Assembly (NCBI RefSeq): GCF_009914755.1
Contig: NC_060928.1
Strand: one strand, 5' to 3'
Length of the DNA: 64,000 bases
Source of the DNA: the human T2T-CHM13v2.0 reference genome, Homo sapiens
Below, piece by piece: positions 20,255 through 32,980 of this stretch (within the stretch, counting starts at the first letter, position 1; the number at the start of each line of letters is the position of its first letter). The position numbers and the translations under genes are program-made. The notes under the pieces were generated by a model. It searched no databases and was not told the origin of the DNA. It worked only from the letters and a program-made list of their open reading frames with translations.

Positions 20255-21152
20255 CTTTGTGGTTTTATCTACTTTTGGTCTTTGATGATGGTGATGTACA
20301 GATGGGTTTTTGGTGTGGATGTCCTTTCTGTTTGTTAGTTTTCCTTCTAACAGACAGGACCCTCAGCTGCAGGTCTGTTGGAGTACCCTGCAGTGTGAGG
20401 TGTCAGTGTGCCCCTGCTCATGGTGCCTACCAGTTAGGCTGCTCGGGGGTCAGGGGTCAGCGATCCACTTGAGGAGGCAGTCTGCCCGTTCTCAGATCTC
20501 CAGCTGCGTGCTGGGAGAACCACTGCTCTCTTCAAAGCTGTCAGACAAGGACGTTTAAGTCTGCAGAGGTTACTGCTGTCTTTTTGTTTGTCTGTGCCCT
20601 GCCCCCAGAGGTGGAGCCTACAGAGGCAGGCAGGCCTCCTTGAGCTGTGGTGGGCTCCACCCAGTTCGAGCTTCCCGGCTGCTTTGTTTACCTAAGCAAG
20701 CCTGGGCAATGGCGGGCGCCCCTCCCCCAGTCTCGCTGCCGCCTTGCAGTTTGATCTCAGACTGCTGTGCTAGCAATCAGCGAGACTCCGTGGGGCAGGA
20801 CCCTCCGAGCCAGGTGCGGGATATAATCTCGTGGTGCGCCCTTTTTTAAGCCCGTCGGAAAAGCGCAGTATTCGGGTGGGAGTGACCCGATTCTCCAGGT
20901 GCGGTCGGTCACCCCTTTCTTTGATTAGGAAAGGGAACTCCCTGACCCCTTGTGCTTCCCGAGTGAGGCAATGCCTCGCCCTGCTTCGGCTCGTGCAGGG
21001 TGCGCACACTCACTGACCTGCGCCCACTGTCTGGCACTCCCTAGTGAGATGAACCCGGTACCTCAGATGGAAATGCAGAAATCACCCGTCTTCGTCGCTC
21101 AGGCTGGGAGCTGTAGACCAGAGCTGTTCCTATTCGGCCATCTTGGCTCCTC
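20255..21152. promoter_or_regulatory. L1 5'UTR with sense promoter (minus) and antisense promoter (plus); most CpG-rich non-Alu part of the window
   Basis: Intact 5'UTR with YY1 site (gccatcttgg near 21140); + strand donors cag/GTGCGG at 20814 and 20899. Confidence 0.8.
20709..20849 (+). pseudogene. L1 antisense ORF0, frameshifted
   Basis: ATG at 20709 gives MAGAPPPVSLPPCSLISDCCASNQRDSVG and then leaves frame; the remainder (SEKRSIRVGVTRFSRC) is in the 20831-21016 ORF. Confidence 0.85.
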
Positions 21153-24100
21153 TAACTCTGTCGCTTTTTCTAAAATATCTAGTTCATCTTTGCTCTTGAT
21201 TTTTTATTGTAATAACCACAGCATGCTATTCTTAAAATTGTAATAAGCATATAATTTGAAATAGTATCCTAGAGAAATAAGAGACATAACAATTTTTCAT
21301 TTATAGGTATACATAAAATTATGTTTGCATATTTATCCCATATGAATTTGAGAATTTAACTTTCATTGTTAAGGGGGAAAGTAGAAAAAATGTTAAAATA
21401 TTAAAATTTTTGTTATTAGCATTTCCTTTATATCTCTTGAATGCATACTTCAAAACGAATTGATTACATTTAATAACAATGGAAATTAAAATCAGCATCA
21501 ATTAAATTTAAAAATAATGCAATACTTTAATTCAGATAAATCATTTTCATAGTTTGCTGTTCTTTGACTTTTGTTATTCTGAAAAATATTGTTTCACTTT
21601 AATAGACTTTTTTACTTTTTAAAGAGTTGTGTTGCTAGCTGTATGCAACATCCATTATTTTTAAAAAGGTCTGTGGATGCATTAACTTTTTCCTACAAAA
21701 AGCCAACAGGTTAAAAACATTTTAATGAACCTTATTTGAAAGGATGATATGAATTTTCCCCCAATAGTCATGCAATATCTAAATAACTTAAAATGTAGAT
21801 TTATATACTCTTCTTTTTATGTCTATAACATATAGACATAAAATATAAATACTTAAAAGTAATGTCCTCAAAAGGCAGAGTAAAATACCCACACATACAC
21901 GAATCCTTTGAACTTCATCAAGGGGGTTAACTTTTGCTTCTCTGTAATGCCAGTATTACCTAACCTTATTATGACTAGCTTGAATCATGTATGAGTAAAA
22001 CTTCAGTTATCTAGGATCTTGTTTGGGTGGGTGTGGGGTGAATTCTTTGGGTAGAAAAAAATTTCTGAAAAGTTGGGGCAAATATCCCTCCTATTCAAGT
22101 GTCCACTGCAGATGTTTGCATTTGAATAGTATAACTATTTCCAAAGTTCTTTCTGTTTTCCTCAGAGCTTTAGGTATTTCTTCTGGATGTCAGTTTGTCA
22201 ATACTCTGCTTTTGCTTCTTCTGATTTCTCTTTGTTAGAACTCTGTATAGGAAAGAAAGAATAAGTAGGTCTTGATTGAGGGCCTCTCCATGAAGTTGAG
22301 TTGAATTTTAGTGCAGTGTGCCTTTTTTTTTCACAAACATGTTTTCTGATTCAGGCTTGTAAGTTACATTGGTTTGATTTCCAGATGTTGGAGTCTCAGA
22401 TAAGGGACTATTACTGTGGAACATGAAGCACATTTTTAAGACCTCAGTACTGAAGATTTTCTGCTTGAAATCTTAGACAAAGTGAGAAATAAAGCTTCAT
22501 GCGATGCACTACAGGCAATGTGGGAAGGGGGCAGAGAAAAAAGGAGAAAGCAGAATGGCAATGCAATGGAAATCTGATATTTGATATGTAAGTTAATCCC
22601 TTTCAGACCTCCAGCCAGATTTTTTTTTCACTTGTGCAGAAGCATTTCTTTATTTCCTTCTTTCTGCTTTTTAATCCCACATTCTGCCCCCTGCACAGTT
22701 GGAATGTTCCCGAAACACTTTGGCAGAGGTCACTTCTCAGAAGCTTTTTAAACTTTAGTTAGAATACATTTATTGATTTTTTTTTAATGACCAGAGGAAT
22801 GAGGATTTTTGGAAAAAGCTTATCTGAGGTTCAGTGTCTGGCTTGGCAATCCAAACTATTTTAAACCTCTGAGAACACTTCATTAGATGCCAGGTTCTTG
22901 TGTTTAGTAAAACAGTAAGGATTCTGGCATATTGGATTTTTGTGAGATTCGTATCACCTGACAATTTGGCCTTCTAGATATGTGACATAAAAATCATTTT
23001 TCTGGAACTGACATTCAGAAACTGCGTGAGTTTACAAAAATTTGGTAACTCTTAAAAAAAAATCTATCATGAGTCTGTAGAAGGTATTTGGTAGCATGTG
23101 TTGGCACAATAACTTGTTCTTAGGCTATTTTTCCTTGTATTTAATAGTTCAAGATTAAACTCTAAATTTATTTATCTAAATTTACCATGAAGAGAAAGTA
23201 CAGTTTTGTGAACTAAAAACTGGAGGGTTAAAGACAGGATAAATAAATGTTTAAAGAAAAGGATTTTTTCTTAAGTAGAGCATTTCTGCTTGAATGAAAT
23301 TTTAAATTTCTTGCTCAAATTTTGGACATAAACCGGGACAAGATTTCCTACATCCATAACCCTGAGATAAGTATCATATGAATCATCAAGTGTACTCCCT
23401 GAGTTACTCTGACTTACACTGTCCCAGCATGCATGTTTCAGGTTAGATTTTGGTATGTTTAACCAGTGTGAAAGGAAAGGAGATGGAGCAATGGTAGAGT
23501 GCTTAAATAATATATATGTTGAAAGCTGATTATTTTGCAACACATTTCAAAATGTTTTAGTACAGAGCCTCTGTAAACGGTAAATATCTCTAAGACATTC
23601 AAAGTGAATTAATTAATATGCAATCTTTCCAAAATACAGCTCCTATAAAGACCAAGGGGTCTATATGTTCTCTTTGTATATTCATCTTAGAAAAAAATAC
23701 ATGAGTTTAGAATTCATATTTGTAGAAGCAATAGCAATCAGTGTCACTTAATTGCAGGTATATATTGAAAATTATCTATTTGCTTTATGAGTGGTAGTTT
23801 CTCATTTTAACAGGAATTCTGAGAACACATGTTTTTTTTCCTGAATTGACTCCCTTGTATTTTGAACAATATTTATTAATAAAGTATACTGTATTCCTAC
23901 TGAAGTTGAACAAATGAACATTGATCTTTGTAATCCCCTTCTTCCTAAAGCTTCTTAAGTACTTAAATATAAATTATTGTTATATTTTCATTACTTGCAA
24001 AGCAAACTTCCAATTGTTTTGAACTGTTTTGTCATAGAATATGTAAATGTGTGTACTGTTTAACAATTATTATTTCATGATATAAACTGCAGGGTAGATT

Positions 24101-25004
24101 TCAGCATGTTCTACTAGAAAATTACCATTTAAAAGTATAGAGGGTAGTCACATTTTATTATAAATGAGAGAAGCTTAATAATTCCATTATAGAAGTTGGA
24201 AACCATGATTAGTATGCAAATACCACTTGTCATGTGTAATTATAGTCATAACATAGCCATTTTGAGGGATAAAAACAGAGGATAAGTTAAATGCTGTTTT
24301 TTTTTTTAATACTGATAATTTGAAAGCTATTTCTTAATCAGAGAAAGAAAGGAGCAGGCGTTGCTGAGGAAATATCTTCCTGGACGCCCACCAAGTCTTC
24401 CTAGGGTTACAGACATGGGCTGCTGACTACTTGTAATGCAGAAGTATTTAAAGGAGAGCAGGAAACCCCCTGCCCCAGGTCATTAGTCCATCTTGCTCAT
24501 ATGGAATTTCCATTTTGTACTGAATCGTTTTCTAGATGTCTGTTCAAGCCTCCATCAGTCACATCTGCTGTGTATTTTACCATCTTTTCTCCCTTCATAA
24601 GAAGCTTCTTATTTTCCTGTCTACAGCAGAATGCTAGAACTCTTCCTGAGGGTGGGTTATTCACAGCAGTTCTTGTTTTCTCCTTTATTATGTCATAGGA
24701 CAATGGCTACATAGTTCCTTAGATACTAGCAGTAAGTTGAAGCATCTGTGAGTCAATCTTCGGCTAAACTTGAAGAAGGAATTGATTGTGGCTATGGAAG
24801 CTGTGGGAGCTTTGGGTAGCTTTTGATACTTGAGAAAGAATAGTTCTCTGCACTAAAGGAAATAGAGAAAAGACCTAATCCTTGGTTTTAATGTTAATAA
24901 AGTCTCTTCTCTGAGGGCAAGAACTGTATCTGTATCTGTTTACACTGCCCTATTCCTAGCTGTTACCACAATGGCTGGGTATATAGAAGACACCTCAGCA
25001 CGGG

Positions 25005-25140
25005 TTCTTCCGTTCCCTTCTTTTGCCTTTACCTTCCCTATCATATCCTATGGTATGGTATGGTAGGGAATGGTACGGAATGGTATAGTATCATATCCTA
25101 GCCCATCCTCCTATCCTGTCCTATCCTACCCTACCTTATA
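25005..25140. repeat. Degenerate pentamer repeat (ATGGT/CCTAT) after an L2 3' end
   Basis: tatggtatggtatggtagggaatggtacggaatggta followed by cctatcctgtcctatcctaccctacc. Confidence 0.7.
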
Positions 25141-25639
25141 TGTGCAGACAGGCAAACTGATAGTCACCACAATATATTTCTTCCCTTCCTTGCATCAATT
25201 ATAATGTATTTTAGTATTTATGTAAACAAAACTTATGAAACTCAGCCTTCTATAAGCAAAATTGTTGGGTAATATATTGACTAAGGTTTGAGGATCATTC
25301 TCTGGATTTTCTGCATTTTTTCCCCTAATAATAACCTGTGAGTTTCCTTTTTGTTGTACATTTTTATGTCCTTTATGGATCTGTTGAGTATTACCAAAAA
25401 ATCAATTATATGTTTTTCAAGGAGGAAGAAGCTTAAGAGTAATTTCATCTATTTGTCATGTTAAAAATGAAAATGCTACCAGATAGAAAAGGTGAGGGAT
25501 TTTTTTCATAGCATAAATAAATAATCAGTGAGATTTTAAATAATTAGTAGTCATTTTAACATTGGTCTTCTGGTAAAGTTTACACCTTCTTTCCTTTATT
25601 CCTCTATTCTTTCCTTCATTCCCTCTTTTTTTGCTCACT

Positions 25640-26260
25640 TTGCATTTAGCTCACTCTTCTTTTTCTCTTTGTTTAAGGTAGAAGCTTTGATTATTGATTT
25701 GAGATCTTCCTACTTTTCTAATGTAGGCTTTTAAAGCTATAAATTTGCCTTTGAGTACTGCTTTCACTGCATCCCATAAATTTTGCTATGGTGTGCTTTT
25801 GCTTCCATTTAATTAAAATATTTTCTAATTTCTTTTGTGATTTCATCTTTGACCCTTGGGATATATAGAAATGTTAACACTTTCAAATATTTAGGGATTT
25901 CCAAAATCTATTTTTCTTTTTATTTCTAATTTAATTCTGTTTTGGTTAGGCAACACAATTTATATGATTTTTCATCCTTTTATATTTACTAAGATTTGTT
26001 TTTTGATCTCACATTAAGCCTATTTGGGGATGGGAGAGAGACAGGAAAATTCCCAAGCAAAATGACATAGGACCCCCATTGTTCTTACCAGAAGTTCAGT
26101 AGTTTTTCTTGATAAACATTTCCTAATTTGTTAAATGACTGGCTAATTTCTATAGTCCTGAAACAGTTGTTTTTGGCAATTTTGTCCAGTTTTATCATTG
26201 ATTTTTGTGGAGACCATTTGCCAGCCTACTCATTTAGCCGTTCTCAAAGTTCCACCCCCA
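25640..26260 (-). mobile_element. Old L1M fragments
   Basis: aagctataaatttgcctttgagtactgctttcactgcatcccataaattttg resembles L1M ORF2 antisense; 26040-26260 resembles an L1M 5' end. Confidence 0.7.
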
Positions 26261-27839
26261 GATACTTTATATAATGGAGTACCCTTTCTTGGGGCCATTG
26301 GCTAACAGGTAGAAAATATGGGTGCATTTAGGACTAAACTTTGTACTACTGATTTAAAGTTTACCAAGCATATAGAGATGAGTCTGTGCAAAAACAGTTG
26401 AGCCTAATTTTTTCGGAGGATGAGACTTCAGCACAGTGTTTAAAACTTTGAACAAGTGTACAGGGGATCACATTAGCTGACAAGCCACTCTGTTCAGAAT
26501 AATCTTGTCTGAGGTGCCAGTCAGCAACCCAAGCTCGCTGTTATGGAATTCTATTTGGAGTAGGGTGGTGTCAAAAAGTGGTGTTTGTAATACAAAAATT
26601 GTATTCATCCTTTATAAATTCTTGAAAACCAGACTCTGTGAAAAATAAAACAGTGCTTTTGTGGATTATTGAGCAGAAAATCATCATGAGAAAAATGAAG
26701 TCTTAGGTTGTTCTGGGAACCATTTGCGAGGCAGATTTGAGAGGGGCTTGAATGGTCTTCTGAGAGGTACTATTGAGGTGTGTAGACCAGTGAGACAAGA
26801 TTAGTGGCAGGTGGTTGAACGAAGTACAAATTGTCTTGGACTTTTGCCTTTAAAGTATTTATGTAATAACCATGGTAATATTCGTGAATTATAGCTTTCT
26901 AATCTGTAAAATAGGGTGAAAATTTATTTTCTGTCTATTTTACACAGTGATGAGGATTATGATATTGGAAATAGAGATGAAAAAACAATCTGAACACTAT
27001 CTAGAGAGAGGTGGCACAAGATGATGCTTATCAATAAGAAACCAAAGTAGAAGATATTTGAAAATCACCCATAGACTAGTCGGGTGAGACCTGAAGAGGG
27101 TAGTTGGAAAAAGGATTTGACCATCATAAGTAAAAAGATAACATTTGAAGGCCTAGTTGTGGAGGTGGACTGTCGTAAATGTGATAATTATGTCTATTTT
27201 CAGATCATTGATTCACATTTTCCTATTTAACATCCAAAAAAATTGAAATGATGGATATGAAAGCCATATACTTCTTTTTACAAATCATAAAATTATATTA
27301 GTAATACCTAATATGTAACTGTCTAGTTCTAAGAATGATTTAAGGATTAACTCTTGTAGACAAAAAGATACTCCATCATAAAAATTTCTCTAACTCGTTG
27401 TATTGTTTTTTAAGTCTCAATTACACTGACCTTTTTAAAAAATATCACTGTCATCTTAGGCTGAAAGCCATCTAATTAACTGACAACACAATAGTCTTTT
27501 AAAAACATGTTTGTTCATGTCACTTCTTCATTGACTCATGAACCCTGACTGGATAGTTCAGTAGGTGATGCCACATAATATTGGAATTAATGTCACTTGG
27601 ACTGAAAAAATAACATATTTTCCATCTTAATTCCACATTAATTTATAATGGGATTCCTGGAATCTTATTTTAGTACCAAAATGTGAAAGTGTCTTCTAAC
27701 AGTAATCAGTGTCATGAAATTCTGAGATGATCATTTTCTAAAATATTGATTTTGGGAAGTTTATTTTCTGTCTTTTGTTATAAACATCCCGGTAAGAAAC
27801 AAAGGCAGTAATAATCAGTATGTTATTTGAAAGGCTTGA

Positions 27840-28285
27840 GGATGTAGAGTCTGAATTTGGCTTTTTTGCCTTCAAATTCTGGCCTTGCCACTAATATCCA
27901 TACCAACCTCAGAGAATTGTTTTAAAGGTTAAATGTGAATTTAACTTGCCAAAAAAGTAAGAATTTTACATATAAATAGAAAATGTATGTAAATTATTTA
28001 TACATATATCTATTACACATAGTAATATAGTAATATATTTTATAAATATGTAAAAATGTGTGTATGTATATGTATATGTATAGACACAGACTCACATTTT
28101 CTGTGTGTGTGTTTGTGTGTGTGTATGTGTATGTATCTATCTCTTTCTTTCACTTACTGCTCCACAACTGGAATGCAGAGGTTAGCTCTGTGAGTGCTAT
28201 TTTCATCTGTTCAGTTCACTCCTGAATTCATACCAACTAGAGCAGTGCCTGGCATTGAGTAAATATTTGATGAATCAATGAAGTT
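27840..28285 (+). mobile_element. MIR remnant, TA/TG low-complexity tract and L2 3' end (donor of two duplicated pieces)
   Basis: acctcagagaattgttttaaaggttaaatgtga (MIR); tcagttcactcctgaattcataccaactagagcagtgcctggcattgagtaaatatttgatgaatcaatgaa (L2 terminus). Confidence 0.6.
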
Positions 28286-29194
28286 TCTCTACTTTTTAAA
28301 CTTTCCATTTTAGGATTAGAAAATGTACCTTGAACATTCATATTTATCATGTATTCCAGTTTTTTTGTAATTGATGAATTGAATGTCATTTTTATTTTAT
28401 TTTGCATTTTGGAGATCTTATATATGTGATTGCTTTACAAAGTTTGATTTAAAGCAAAAATTAATTTAACTTTTAATTTTTAATTAAAGCAATCTAGTAC
28501 TCAAACTCAAAACAATTCCATCTAATTCTCAAGACCTAGAGTGAGTTGCAATAATTTCTGGTGCATTGCTTTTTATGTCGCTTTCGAACGATATGGAACT
28601 ATAAAGTAATGAAGCTATGAACATATATTTGCCGGCATTTATTTTTATCCAAAATAAATTACACTTTTTGTCTTTCCTTAGTGCTTTGCTCCTAAATAAT
28701 CACATTGCTCAAAACAATATTTCTAGTAGCTCCTTTTAAAAGATCCCTTTTAGATCAAGTTTCTTAATTACAAAAGAAATTCAGTCGTATTACTTTTTAC
28801 TGATAGAACAGTATCATTTGATATAATACCTTTTCCTGCCCTTCTTGCAGTTTTCTTTTCTATTTTCTTCACCCTCCTGCTCGCCTTTTTCTTTCTGGTG
28901 TTTTCCCTCACACCTGGTTGCCTTCTCATTAGCAGGCTAAGTGGCTCTATGTAAGCCTGTCCTTGGTTGGAGCTGTCTGCTGACTCTCAAGTGTCATAAG
29001 TGGCTGTAATTGAGAAAGGCATTGAGATGTTGAATAGCCAAAGTGTAAATGGAAGACTCTCTGTCCTTACCTATAAAAAGAAAAAGAATCTATAAAGGTA
29101 GCTATACAAAGAAATTGAAAGACACATATAATAGTGTACTTTTGTTTTTGGTCTCAATTTATGTGCAGCCAATACAGACAGTTTCCAATAAACA

Positions 29195-29198
<4 letters not shown>

Positions 29199-29230
<32 letters not shown>
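29199..29230. repeat. (TG)n microsatellite
   Basis: Pure TG run seen directly. Confidence 0.95.
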
Positions 29231-29233
<3 letters not shown>

Positions 29234-31020
29234 AATTAAGAAATGGAAATGATTTGTTTACCCAGTCAGCATTTCATGGCGCGGTTAGGTGTTTGGTTCC
29301 TTAGAGAGGGGTGATACAGATTGAAGAAGCCACAGTCTCTGTTCTCTAGCAATTCATATTGTAGTGTAGCTTTCAACAAAATAGAGAAATGTACAAAGAG
29401 GTATAGGAGTGTCAGGGAAGATAAGATTGGTTTTATCTGTGGTGGAGTGGGTTTGGTAGTATCAGGGAGAACTTTGTGAAATTAGTCATGCTTGGATGTC
29501 AGAATGTATTTCCCAGATGGGAGGGAAAAAAATAAAAGATCTTAAAGGTGATGGTATTGTAGGTAAACCTGTAGAGAACAACCCATGATTGTTTAGATAT
29601 GTAGAACATTTGAAGATGAGATACGCCAGTTCTTCAAAAACCAGGGAAAAAAGTGACAGCCAATAATTATTGAGAGAGCATGCTAGAATGATCATCCAGT
29701 GAAATTTAAGCAGTTGATTAAAAATTTGTTTTTCCTGCCCAAGCAGTCAAGTGTGGCATTCAAGTATGAACTTGAATTGTTCTTGTGGTACAAAAACCTC
29801 ACTAATTGGGCAAATAGAAGTGGACACTCACTCCAAAAGATACAGTGAGTTTCATTGCTTTAATATTTTTTAAGTTCCTGAACAAAATATAACGCTTTTA
29901 TTAGTGAATAGCTTTCACTAATTTGTTTTCATTTTATATCATAGTATATCTTATTTTAATCAATAGTGATTTGGTAAAGTAGAGCTCAACTTTAATTTTA
30001 TGCTATTGACTTTCTGCCCTGTATCTCATTCTTTATCCATTTGGGGGCAAAATTCTAGAATAGATAATGGATTTTGTCACTGTTTAGCATGTATGTAGTT
30101 ACTTAACCTCCTGATTGCATACTAACACTAATAGCATAAATAAATACTAAATATAATAATAATTAACTAATACAAAGAGCTTTGTGTAAAGCTCTTTGTG
30201 TAGTCACAAACTAGTAACTAAAACTAAAGAGCTTTGTGTAAAGCTCTTTAAATAGACATACTAGAACATTCAAAAATTGATATGGCCAGTTGCAAAACCA
30301 TTAGAAAATATTAAATATCTAAAGAAAATACTTTGAACGATAATACTATTTTCTGGGTGTAAAAAGTCTGTTTTATTATTTGTTTAATAAAATTAAAAAA
30401 TTATGGTAATTTAAAGAAAATAAAAACTCAAATGCCTCTATAAATCTTTCATTTAAATAAACTTACATTTCTGTTTATTTCTTTCTATTTTTTAAATCCA
30501 AATTTATTTAGATTATTGTGAATAAATAGATTACAGTATTTGTGTCTGTATACATAAATAAGGGTGTGTGTATGTATATGTGTATGATTAGATGTGCTAA
30601 GGTGCTTCTCAATTTGTTTTCTATGCCTGTTACCTAATGGCAAAAGTGGTAAGACTAATCAATCCCAGTATCTTAGCTTGAAGAGCCTGTGGCAAGAAAT
30701 AGGGACATTTCTTGGAAATAGCAAAATTTATATTAAAAACTGTTATAGTCTTTTAATTAGGAAAAGAAATCTGTAGCTACCAAATCCATCAATTTTCCCA
30801 GTAAACATTATAATAAATTAGATAGTCTAGGAAGATGTGTCATCTGCATCCTAAATTTCCTCTACATACCATAGTTCTGCTGTGAGACCTCAGGCATTGT
30901 GGGAAATAATAGACTTGACAACCAACAGGAAATATTCAAAGCATTCTACAACTGTAACCATAAAACAGAATATTTAATTTTTCTCATAATCAAATTAAAT
31001 ATTTTTTTCTTTTTTTTCAG

Positions 31021-31086
31021 AAATGTTTAATTTGGTAAATTGGAGGAAAAAAACATGGATTTTTAGCAATTGAAGAGCAAATTAAG
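31021..31086 (+). other. ADGRL3: 66-nt non-coding (5'UTR) exon, probably exon 2 of latrophilin-3
   Basis: Strong acceptor atttttttcttttttttcag ending at 31020 and donor aag/GTAATT at 31087; stops in all three frames. Gene assignment rests on my recollection that this sequence precedes gtttcagatttgggatattgg in the LPHN3 5'UTR; needs BLAT. The exon call is firmer than the gene name. Confidence 0.72.
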
Positions 31087-32327
31087 GTAATTAGTAGATT
31101 ATTATTGCCAACCATATAATTTCAAAATTTATTTAAAAATATTTACATTCAAGTTAATATATTATTTTGAGTCTTTATCATATTGAAACATCAGCATATT
31201 TGTAATGTGTTACTAAAATGGAATTTTACATATTTTTGGAAAATAAATTGCCATTTCTTGTTATACATTTTCCAAAAATCATATTTCTTGTGAACAAATT
31301 ATAAGTGATCTAATTAAAAATATTGCTGTTGTGAGGAAATATACTCCAGTTATATGAAAAATAAATGAGCTAAAAATAAGAGTTTTAGTAGGTCTTCACC
31401 TTTTCAGAAAGGCACGTATGTTTTATTACTTTCTTAACTAATGTAGAATAACCATATTGAGTTTTTTTCAGTTGCTACATGTACACTAACACAATGTGTT
31501 AAAGTCATTTTTCTTTAATTCATTCAGTTTTCAATTACATAATTCATAATGTTGAATATAAATATTAGGTAATAAAATATATTCTTTTGGTAGCAACACG
31601 ATGTTTAATATTAAGCAAATTACTTTAAAAATTATGTTATTTATCAGAAATATGTTTATGAAGTCCAGCATTTCAAGCAGTGTAACTTTAAGTCAATATC
31701 CATATTTACATCTTCCCCAGAAAATCATAGAAGGCAAAACAGGCCCACATATTAATCAATCAACAGTTCAATGAGAATTTCCTCTTTTCTTGAAGTTACT
31801 GAAAGTAATTCCTGTAAAGTTACTTTGTAAAGTTTAGCATGTACATTATTATAAATACAGAGCCTAATATTTGAAATATCAACTTTCTTATTGTTCTTCA
31901 TATTAAAATGATTTAAGTTCATTTCATTTTGAATTATTGACATAATTGATATGTACTTTAATTGCTATCATCTATTTTCAAATATTCCGTACTTTTTTCT
32001 GAGCTTTAGGAGTAAAGAGTGACTTAAAACTATAAAAATATTGCACTTGCCTTTCTGTGCACTACGTTTTCCAGTTGATGTTTTGTCTTTTAAATATTTT
32101 TGCTTAATTTCTTTGTCATTGTTTTCTTCCCCCTATTTATTTCTACATGCAAGCAATGTTGTTCCTGTTTTACAGAAGAGATATGATTGAATCTCTTTCA
32201 TTTGGAATTTCTTGTCAGTGTTTTCTTCTTCACACTCAGTCACATTTGCAAACAATTAATATTATTTCCTTCTTTCAGAATAGATGTGATTGACTCTTTC
32301 ATTTATATTTATTAGCTTATTTATATA

Positions 32328-32436
32328 TTATAAAATATACTACTATATTACTATGTGTAATAGATATATGTATAAATAATTTACATACATTTTCTATTTA
32401 TATGTAAAATTCTTACTTTTTTGGCAAGTTAAATTC
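32328..32436 (-). repeat. Inverted copy of 27937-28045 (piece A)
   Basis: Reverse complement matches 108/109; single mismatch at 32340/28033. Confidence 0.97.
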
Positions 32437-32643
32437 CTCAAATCCACTGGTAATATTTATATTCATTTCTATAATTACTACATTGGTTTCTTCAATATAA
32501 AATTAACCCTTCTAGATATATTAACCATGCAAATAACATAGGCAAAATCTTTTTATTTAACGGAAGTTTAAAAACTCAACTGAATCTTTCTCTTTTCTAC
32601 TTTTTTTTAATCAGCACTCCAGTAGAAGCTAATAAACTCTCAG
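32432..32643 (-). repeat. Inverted copy of 47982-48189 (piece C)
   Basis: Reverse complement aligns over ~208 bp with about 8 substitutions and one 4-bp indel. Confidence 0.96.
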
Positions 32644-32980
32644 CCCTAAAGAAATGAAGTAACGATTCATGTTACAACAAGGGTGAAACTTGCAAACATT
32701 ATACTAACTGAAAAAGACACACACAAAAGGCCAAACATATGATTCTATTTATATGGTAGACCCTCAGTGATAGTATGTTAGTGGTTGCCAGAGGGTGGGG
32801 CAAGAGTGGAATGAAAAGTAACTGCTAACGGATACAAGGTTTCCTTTTGGGGAAATAAAAATATTCTGAAAGTAGAGAGCAGTGATAGCTGCACAACTTA
32901 GTGAATATAGTTTAAAAAACAGTGAATTGTATACTTTGAAATGGTAAATTTATGGTATATGAATTATATCTCAATTAAAA
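32641..32980 (+). mobile_element. L1MB-type 3' end fragment
   Basis: cagccctaaagaaatgaagt...ttagtggttgccagaggg...aattgtatactttgaaatgg...tatgaattatatctcaat. Confidence 0.8.

Noticed and set aside
30172-30250. CRISPR-like palindromic repeat-spacer-repeat
   Set aside because: Only two units, primate intron, no cas genes; slippage and template switching explain it.
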